DNA of 64,000 nucleotides, taken from contig CAWJRH010000004.1 of assembly GCA_963845195.1 (NCBI GenBank), positions 1,796,343-1,860,342 of the forward strand, written 5' to 3'. Each line of letters begins with the position of its first letter. Position 1 is the stretch's first letter. This DNA is from an uncultured delta proteobacterium. Its GTDB lineage: Bacteria; Myxococcota_A; Polyangia; Polyangiales; Houyiibacteriaceae. The translations under genes were made by a program, and so were the position numbers. Below are positions 57,928 through 64,000 of this stretch, one piece after another. The notes below the pieces were generated by a model. The model ran no database searches and was not told where the DNA came from. It saw nothing but the letters and a program-made list of their open reading frames with translations.

Positions 57928-60300
57928 GTGATCTTGACCCGAGCAGTGGGGAAAGAGCGCTTCGTCCTTTGGCATCGGGTCTTGCCGCCGGCGTTTGAGG
58001 GCGAGGAGAGCACCGCCGCGGCCGGCCAATGGGCCCGCTATGTCACTCACGCAGTCCAGGAGGCGGGCGGAGAGATTCTCTCTTCGCTCGCGGGCACCGT
58101 CGTGTCGAGCTTTCCCCTGCATGCGCTGCGCGCCGCGATCAACCTCGCGCTCCAACTCCTCGCAGAAGCCGAAGCGCAGCCCGTCCCACAGGGAGGACTC
58201 CCGGTCGCGTTCGGGATTGCGTCGGGCGATGTCCATCCAGGCAAGGATGGTGGGGACCCGTTTAGCGCGACGAACGCCGTTGACCGCGCCCAGCTGCTTG
58301 CGAACCAAGCGCGCGCCGGCGAAGTCGTCCTCGACATCGAGTCCCGCGAGGCGGCGTCACGAACCTACCTCTTCGGCCGAAGCGTAAGCACCAGCTCATT
58401 CTCACTGCGGGGGGAGGCGATCGATCGAAGCCGACCGCTACTCGAGCAATGCCGCGGGGCCGTGCGCCTGCTGAACCCAACGCCGGTGGCCGCCAGTACG
58501 CGGCATGCGTTCGAGCCGCTCAAGAAAGCCGCCTCGGGCGGGCGAACGGCGGCCTGCTACATCCACGGGGCTCTCGGACTCGGCGGCCGAGATACCCTCC
58601 TTTCACTGCGGGACGAGCTCAAGCCGCCGCTTCTGCTCGAGATCGGAGCGGTACCGGGCGGGCTCGAACCGCTCGGAGGACTGCGACTCGCCCTCGTGAA
58701 GGCCTGGCGCGAACTCGCGCCGCTCCGCGAGCAGCTCAAGGAACGCGAACCCGAGATTGCGGCTGGGCTCAAGGCCATTGCTTGCGCGACACCTCCGCCG
58801 CGTGACTCGGCGGTCCGGACGCTCAAACGCACCCTGCAAGCGCTGCGCACCGAGCGCGGACTTCCTTGGATCTACCTGCACCGAATCTCCGCAGTGGACC
58901 CGGCGACGCTCAACGTGCTCGGCGAAGCACTCGCCGACGATTCGGTCGCTGCGCTGCTTTGCGTGCGCACGGTGGAGCCAAGCGTGCATCCCGCGCTCAA
59001 GCCGATCCGCCCTCGGATCGAGGTGCCGCTGCAGGCCCTCGAACCCAACGAGGCCCTCGTCGTAGCCAGCGGCATCCTGGGGCCCGATACCGACCTCGAG
59101 ATTGCCAAGCACGTGGTGATCGCAGGAGGCACGACTCTCCTCGGGCTGACCGAGGCCGCGCGTACCATGGTTGCGGCCGGTGACATCGTGTACGACGGCG
59201 GCGCGTTTCGCTGGCGCGGCGACTGGCCTGAACCGCGTCAGTTTCTCGGACCTCGAGCACTTCTCGAAGAGCGTTTCGCGACCGTGGACGGGGCTTCCCT
59301 TCGCTATCTCGAAATCGCCTGCGCAGCCCTGCCCGCCTCTTCCGCCAAGGTCGTGGATGCAGCCGTCGCACTCGATGGGGTGCCGGAGCGGACACGCGCC
59401 CGCGCGCTCGAAGCCCTACGTCTGGACGGCCTGCTCAGTCGAGGCGCCAAGCCGGAGTCTGAGCTCCTGCGGCGTGCCGTGGTGCAACGGATGCCCCCGG
59501 CGCGGCGGAGTGAGGTCTATCGCTTCGTTGCCAAGGCGCTGCACGAAGCCGAGCCTCTCGTCGGACCGGCCATGGCGGCAACGGTCGGCGCCTATTTGTG
59601 CGAAGGTGGTGACCTCGAGCGGGGCGCCCATGCGATTCTCGAGGCCGGATCGCTGGCGGCAGAGCTTGGCTACGACGCGACCGCAGTGCGCCTCGCCGCC
59701 GCCGCGGTTCAGTACCAGCCCGACCAGGAAACACGCACGGTCGCGACGGAGATCAGCCGGGCGGTGCGACTGCCGTCGGGCCCGCCCCGTGACGATGACG
59801 AGCAAGGCGACTCACAAGACGATGAAGACTTGGATCGGCCGACGATCCCGGTTGTCGAGGAAGAGCTGCACGACCCTCGTCGCGCCGTGATCCACGCACT
59901 GCTCGAACACAATCACGACAACTTCGATGCCCTGATCGACTCGGCGATCGCCTCGGGCGCGGGTCTGGTGGGAACACACTGTCTCCAGGTGATCTCGTTT
60001 GTCACGCGAGGAGACTTGGACGGTGCCCGACATGCGCTCGAGCTCGCGAAGAAGAGCCCAGAGCAAGACGGCGGAGCCAAAGTTCGGATCGGCATCGCAT
60101 CGGCCTGCCTCCAGCTCGCCTGCGGACACTTTCAAGACGCGATGCTCGATGCCCTCGGGGCGCTCGCGGTCGCACGAGAACGAGAAGACGGTCTTGGCGA
60201 GGTCGCCTCGCTGAAGATGATCTCGACCAGCTGCCTGGCCGCCGGGCTTCAGCAGGACGCCGAGCGGCTCGCCCACGTGGCCGAAGCCGTGGCTAGCTGA
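57928..60300 (+). CDS. Degenerate class III cyclase-like + P-loop NTPase-like + TPR protein
   Basis: FGIASGDV...AVDRAQLL...GEVVLD (cyclase-like), YIHGALGLGGRD (Walker A-like), WIYLHRISAVD (Walker B-like), acidic linker, helical repeats. Confidence 0.65.
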   Translation: MILTRAVGKERFVLWHRVLPPAFEGEESTAAAGQWARYVTHAVQEAGGEILSSLAGTVVSSFPLHALRAAINLALQLLAEAEAQPVPQGGLPVAFGIASGDVHPGKDGGDPFSATNAVDRAQLLANQARAGEVVLDIESREAASRTYLFGRSVSTSSFSLRGEAIDRSRPLLEQCRGAVRLLNPTPVAASTRHAFEPLKKAASGGRTAACYIHGALGLGGRDTLLSLRDELKPPLLLEIGAVPGGLEPLGGLRLALVKAWRELAPLREQLKEREPEIAAGLKAIACATPPPRDSAVRTLKRTLQALRTERGLPWIYLHRISAVDPATLNVLGEALADDSVAALLCVRTVEPSVHPALKPIRPRIEVPLQALEPNEALVVASGILGPDTDLEIAKHVVIAGGTTLLGLTEAARTMVAAGDIVYDGGAFRWRGDWPEPRQFLGPRALLEERFATVDGASLRYLEIACAALPASSAKVVDAAVALDGVPERTRARALEALRLDGLLSRGAKPESELLRRAVVQRMPPARRSEVYRFVAKALHEAEPLVGPAMAATVGAYLCEGGDLERGAHAILEAGSLAAELGYDATAVRLAAAAVQYQPDQETRTVATEISRAVRLPSGPPRDDDEQGDSQDDEDLDRPTIPVVEEELHDPRRAVIHALLEHNHDNFDALIDSAIASGAGLVGTHCLQVISFVTRGDLDGARHALELAKKSPEQDGGAKVRIGIASACLQLACGHFQDAMLDALGALAVAREREDGLGEVASLKMISTSCLAAGLQQDAERLAHVAEAVAS

Positions 60301-61156
60301 CCCCGGCCTTGCGGCTCGGGTAGGAGCCCAGAACTTTGAGATAGGTCGTGACAGACTCGAGCGCGTCCAGGGCCCCTTGGGTCACCGCGCGATCCACGTT
60401 CCCCTCGAAATCGAGATAAAAAATGTACTCGAACGGGGTGTCTGGCTTTGGGCGCGATTCGATCTTGGTAAGGTTCAAACCGCGATCGGCGAAAATCGAG
60501 ATGCAGGTCGCCAACGCTCCCTGTTCGTGAATCGTAGAGAAGATGAGCGAGGTCTTGCACACGATGTCGGGGGCGTAGTGCGCGGGCTCGCGGGCGACGA
60601 TCACCATGCGCGTGTAGTTCTCGGGGTGGTCGGCTATCTCGCGCTGGAGAATTGGCAGCCCGTGGAGTGCGGCGGCCTGCTCGCTTGCGATGGCGGCCTG
60701 CGAGGGGTCGCCGTCTGCTTTGACCTTCTCGACCGCCATGGCCGTATCGACGAATGCTTCGACGTGGCAGTCGGCGAGCGTTTCGAGAAACTCTCGACAC
60801 TGAGCCAGTGCGACGGGGTGCGAATAGACGCGACGGATACTCGAAACCGGGACCGAGGCCGCTCCGATCAGGCAGTGCGCGATCGGCTGAAACTCCTCCC
60901 CGACCAGAGAGAGATCCATGTGCGCCAGCAAATCGTAGCTCTCGTTGATCGAACCGGCGATGGAGTTCTCGATGGGGAGCACCGCGTAGTCGACAGCACC
61001 GCGTACGAGCGCGTCGAGCATTTCGCGGAAACTGTGGAAACCCTCGCACCGAATCGGCACCTCGGAACCCGCGAAGTGTGCGGTCGCGGCGAGCTGACTG
61101 TAGGCGCCCTCCGACCCCTGGTAGCCGACACGAAGTAATGCTGAATCGTCCGCCAC
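60293..61156 (-). CDS. pheA: Prephenate dehydratase with ACT domain
   Basis: YQGSEGAYS, PIENSIAGS, SHPVALAQC, NYTRM, LTKIESRP, FYLDFEG; no chorismate mutase domain. Confidence 0.94.
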   Translation of the reverse strand: MADDSALLRVGYQGSEGAYSQLAATAHFAGSEVPIRCEGFHSFREMLDALVRGAVDYAVLPIENSIAGSINESYDLLAHMDLSLVGEEFQPIAHCLIGAASVPVSSIRRVYSHPVALAQCREFLETLADCHVEAFVDTAMAVEKVKADGDPSQAAIASEQAAALHGLPILQREIADHPENYTRMVIVAREPAHYAPDIVCKTSLIFSTIHEQGALATCISIFADRGLNLTKIESRPKPDTPFEYIFYLDFEGNVDRAVTQGALDALESVTTYLKVLGSYPSRKAGVS

Positions 61157-61157
61157 C

Positions 61158-61643
61158 TCAGTCTCGAAAATTGTCGAACTGTAAGGGGAGGTCGAAGTCC
61201 TGCTCTTTGAGCATCGCGATGGCGGCCTGCAAGTCGTCTCGCTTCTTGCCGCTGACGCGCACGGTCTCTCCTTGAATCGCCGCCTGCACCTTCAACTTGC
61301 CATCCTTGATGGACTTGACGATCTCTTTGGCCTTTTCTTTCGAGACCCCCTGCTTGAGCTTGATGAGCTGGCGCCAGGTGGAACCACCCGCCTGCTGCGG
61401 CGCCTGCGGGTCGAGCGACTTCAGCGACACCTGCCGTCGGACCATCTTGGTTTCGAGCACATCGCGGGCAGCATCGAGCCGGCCCTCGCTGTTCGCACGA
61501 AGCACGATTCCTTCGTCGGTCTGCTCGATTGACGTCTCGGTGCCTTTGAAATCATAGCGCTGCACGATTTCCTTCTTCGCCTGGTTGCAGGCGTTGTCTA
61601 CTTCGTGCTCGTCAACCTTGGATACGACATCAAACGACGGCAT
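61158..61643 (-). CDS. yajQ: YajQ family nucleotide / c-di-GMP-binding protein
   Basis: MPSFDVVS, RYDFKG, VQAAIQG, RVSGKKRDDLQ, LQFDNFRD; start ATG 61643. Confidence 0.96.
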   Translation of the reverse strand: MPSFDVVSKVDEHEVDNACNQAKKEIVQRYDFKGTETSIEQTDEGIVLRANSEGRLDAARDVLETKMVRRQVSLKSLDPQAPQQAGGSTWRQLIKLKQGVSKEKAKEIVKSIKDGKLKVQAAIQGETVRVSGKKRDDLQAAIAMLKEQDFDLPLQFDNFRD

Positions 61644-61665
61644 GTTTCCTCCGGGCGCGACCTTA

Positions 61666-63171
61666 TCACACCGAAGACTTTCGGCGACCCTGCGCCGACG
61701 CCTCGGCCCCCTGATCGTTGCGCACCAACGGGGAGAAGAAGTTGTCTTTCTTGGTGTGCTCGTCGACACGAAACGCGAACTTGTAGCTGGGCGCCGACCG
61801 CATGTTGCAGTCGGTACGCTCGCAGAACCGACAGGTCGTCCCCACGGGGACAGCCATCTTCTTCGGGTCTGCGAACGGCATGTCGTCGGCATAGGCGAAG
61901 TAGTGCGCGTGATCGGCGTGCGCACCAAGCCCGATACTGTACGAGGTGCCCTTGGCGACGGACCCCTGCTCGGGCTCGCTCACAACCTTCGCGAAGCAGA
62001 AGTAAGTCGAGCCATCCGGAAACGTCGAATACTGCTTGGTGATCACGTTCGGCGTGAGAAACGCGAGGTGGACGGCCATCTTCGGACACGATCCGTCTTG
62101 ATGCGCGAAGCGGATGCCGTCGCCCGAGTAGCGCTTGGAAATGTTCCCGGCGACGTCGACTCGCAGGAAGTGCATCGGGACGCCGCGTCGACGCGGATCC
62201 GCGAGGTTGCACATGCGATGCGCCACGGTCTCGTATGACGACTCGAATAACTGCGCGAGCAGGTCGACGTCGTAGCGGGTAGCCATGACCTCTCGGTAGA
62301 AGTCCGGATAGGGAAGCAGAAGCGCCCCGGCGAAATAGTTCGCCAAGTGGATCTTGATGAGTTGCCGTGTTTCGGTGTGTTGCCCGGCATACCCTTCGAG
62401 AATCGGCTCATGAAGCTCCTCCTCGTCGAAGAGAACGAGCGCGATGGTGTGTGCGAGCTGAAACTTGAGCCGCTGCTCGAACATGTCGTGCGTCAGCGTG
62501 AGAACGCGCTCGGGGGCGCTCCATCGCCGAATCACCGAGCTGTCGGCTGTCTCAGCGATTCGATTCACACGCACGCCGAGCTGCTCGCGAAGCGCCCGCT
62601 CCAAGTGGTCACTGGTGACCCGCCGAGGAAACGCGGCGTCGCGCCGGACCTGCTGAGCGCGCTCCTCGAGCGACTCGAACCAGTTGTCGTGCTGTTCGAG
62701 GAAGTCCGTCACCTCGTCGTATGGGCTGTAGTCGAAGCGAACGTCTTCTTCGTCGGAGCGACGCTCGCGCTGCGCAATGCTCAGAACGACGTGGTCGAGC
62801 TGACTCCGGGTGTTCTTGTAGAGATTGAAAAGCGCTGCGATCGTGGCGACCATCCGCGGCTCCGCGCTGATGCTCGCCAGATCCTCCTCGCTCAGATTGA
62901 GGGACCGGAGCAGCGGCTCATCGAGCAGCCGCGCCAGCCCGTCGTCCACATGACGTTCGCCGAGACTGCTCATGAAGTCTTCGACGTCGACGCCGTAGAG
63001 TTCGAGCGCGCGGAACAACAGAGGAAGCTGCAGCACGCGCTTGCCCTTCTCGATGAGACTGAGATAGGCGGGGGAAATCTTGAGACGCCGAGCCACCTCG
63101 CCTTGCTGAAGGCCCCGGCCGAGGCGGAGTTCCCGCAGGCGCTGCCCCATCGCGGCGTTGGTCTCGGCCAT
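61666..63171 (-). CDS. XRE-family short-chain acyl-CoA regulator (RamB/PrpR/ScfR type)
   Basis: HTH (ISPAYLSLIEKGKR), NYFAGALLLPY, SYETVAHR, RVDVAGNISKR, GSCP, CRFCERTDC; start ATG 63171. Confidence 0.93.
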   Translation of the reverse strand: MAETNAAMGQRLRELRLGRGLQQGEVARRLKISPAYLSLIEKGKRVLQLPLLFRALELYGVDVEDFMSSLGERHVDDGLARLLDEPLLRSLNLSEEDLASISAEPRMVATIAALFNLYKNTRSQLDHVVLSIAQRERRSDEEDVRFDYSPYDEVTDFLEQHDNWFESLEERAQQVRRDAAFPRRVTSDHLERALREQLGVRVNRIAETADSSVIRRWSAPERVLTLTHDMFEQRLKFQLAHTIALVLFDEEELHEPILEGYAGQHTETRQLIKIHLANYFAGALLLPYPDFYREVMATRYDVDLLAQLFESSYETVAHRMCNLADPRRRGVPMHFLRVDVAGNISKRYSGDGIRFAHQDGSCPKMAVHLAFLTPNVITKQYSTFPDGSTYFCFAKVVSEPEQGSVAKGTSYSIGLGAHADHAHYFAYADDMPFADPKKMAVPVGTTCRFCERTDCNMRSAPSYKFAFRVDEHTKKDNFFSPLVRNDQGAEASAQGRRKSSV

Positions 63172-63426
63172 CAGCCGTTCTTTACCGCGAATTAACAAAC
63201 TCAGCCAGGCGGTATTCAAGCCCCAAGTCCCTATTAATCCAGGCGTTGACGGGCCCCGGCGCTGTGATAAGAACACGGAGGTTGAGTCTTAGCCATGTGA
63301 AGCTGTAAAACAGCACCGCAATGGCGCTCGATGGCCCGGCCACGGCCGAGTCGAAAACGCGATAGGATTTCGGCTCACCCTACCCACAACGATCAGCGAA
63401 TGACCGGCGCACGAAAGGACTGAGGC
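63172..63426. promoter_or_regulatory. Divergent promoter region between the regulator and the mutase gene
   Basis: AT-rich; plus strand TTGACG (63246-51) N16 TAAGAA and TTGAGT (63282-87) N18 TAAAAC; exact promoter not resolved. Confidence 0.4.
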
Positions 63427-64000
63427 ATGTCTGCAGGCGAGAGGCGAGAGCGCGACAAACCTTGGATCATGCGGACGTACGCGGGGCACAGCACCGCGGC
63501 CGCCTCCAACGAGCTCTACCGAACGAACCTCGCCAAGGGCCAGACGGGCCTGAGCATCGCGTTCGATCTGCCGACGCAGACCGGATACGACGCGGACGAC
63601 CCGCTTGCGCGTGGCGAAGTCGGGAAAGTGGGCGTTCCGATTTCCCATCTCGGCGATATGAAGGCGCTGTTCCGGGACATTCCGCTCGAGCAGATGAACA
63701 CGTCGATGACGATCAACGCGACGGCAGCCTGGTTGCTCGCGCTCTACGTCGCGGCCGCCGAGGATCAGGGGGCCGATACGACCGCGCTGCGCGGGACGAC
63801 GCAGAACGACATCATCAAGGAATATCTCTCGCGGGGCACCCACATCTTCCCTCCCGCCGCATCCATGCGGCTGATCACCGACCTGATCACCTATACGGTC
63901 GGCGAGGTTCCCAAGTGGAACCCGATCAATATCTGCAGCTACCACCTGCAGGAGGCCGGCGCGACGCCGACGCAGGAACTCGCCTACGCCCTGGTGACCG
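63427..64000 (+). CDS. ecm: Ethylmalonyl-CoA mutase (MeaA/Ecm), 5' part, truncated by window end
   Basis: Manual translation from ATG 63427: PWIMRTYAGHS, GQTGLSIAFDLPTQTGYD, MNTSMTINATA, GTTQNDIIKEYLSRGT, WNPINICSYHLQEAGA. RTYAGH is the Ecm-type signature (methylmalonyl-CoA mutase has RQYAGF). Confidence 0.9.
   Translation, partial: MSAGERRERDKPWIMRTYAGHSTAAASNELYRTNLAKGQTGLSIAFDLPTQTGYDADDPLARGEVGKVGVPISHLGDMKALFRDIPLEQMNTSMTINATAAWLLALYVAAAEDQGADTTALRGTTQNDIIKEYLSRGTHIFPPAASMRLITDLITYTVGEVPKWNPINICSYHLQEAGATPTQELAYALVT

Overview
GC-rich chromosomal window, most likely from a myxobacterium (Myxococcota, Polyangia-like; inferred from the MglA-type GTPase, the DUF1592/DUF1552 pair and the gene style). 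It is mostly housekeeping. It holds a dcw cell-division cluster (mraZ-rsmH-ftsL-ftsI-murE-murF-mraY-murD-ftsW-murG-murC-ftsQ-ftsA-ftsZ, no murB/ddl) with a readable promoter and MraZ boxes, plus hisC, thiL, pyrR-pyrB, alr, thiS-thiG, purQ-purL, smc, glpK, pheA, yajQ, and a RamB/PrpR(ScfR) regulator divergent from a truncated ethylmalonyl-CoA mutase. No rRNA, tRNA or CRISPR array was seen. The most unusual signals are several intact-looking proteins whose catalytic residues are replaced: an MglA-like GTPase with Leu at the Q82 position coupled to a PocR histidine kinase, a signal peptidase I homolog with Gly at both catalytic sites, a cyclase-like/P-loop/TPR protein degenerate in every motif, and a sulfatase-like protein with Thr at the nucleophile. 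Also notable: a RAYT-type transposase bounded by CAACCTAG direct repeats, a densely structured 190-nt segment behind ftsZ, a FolB-cupin fusion, a headless CCA-enzyme-like HD protein, two orphan DNA methyltransferases and a frameshifted TenI/ThiE gene. All family calls come from motif recognition by eye; no database search was run.
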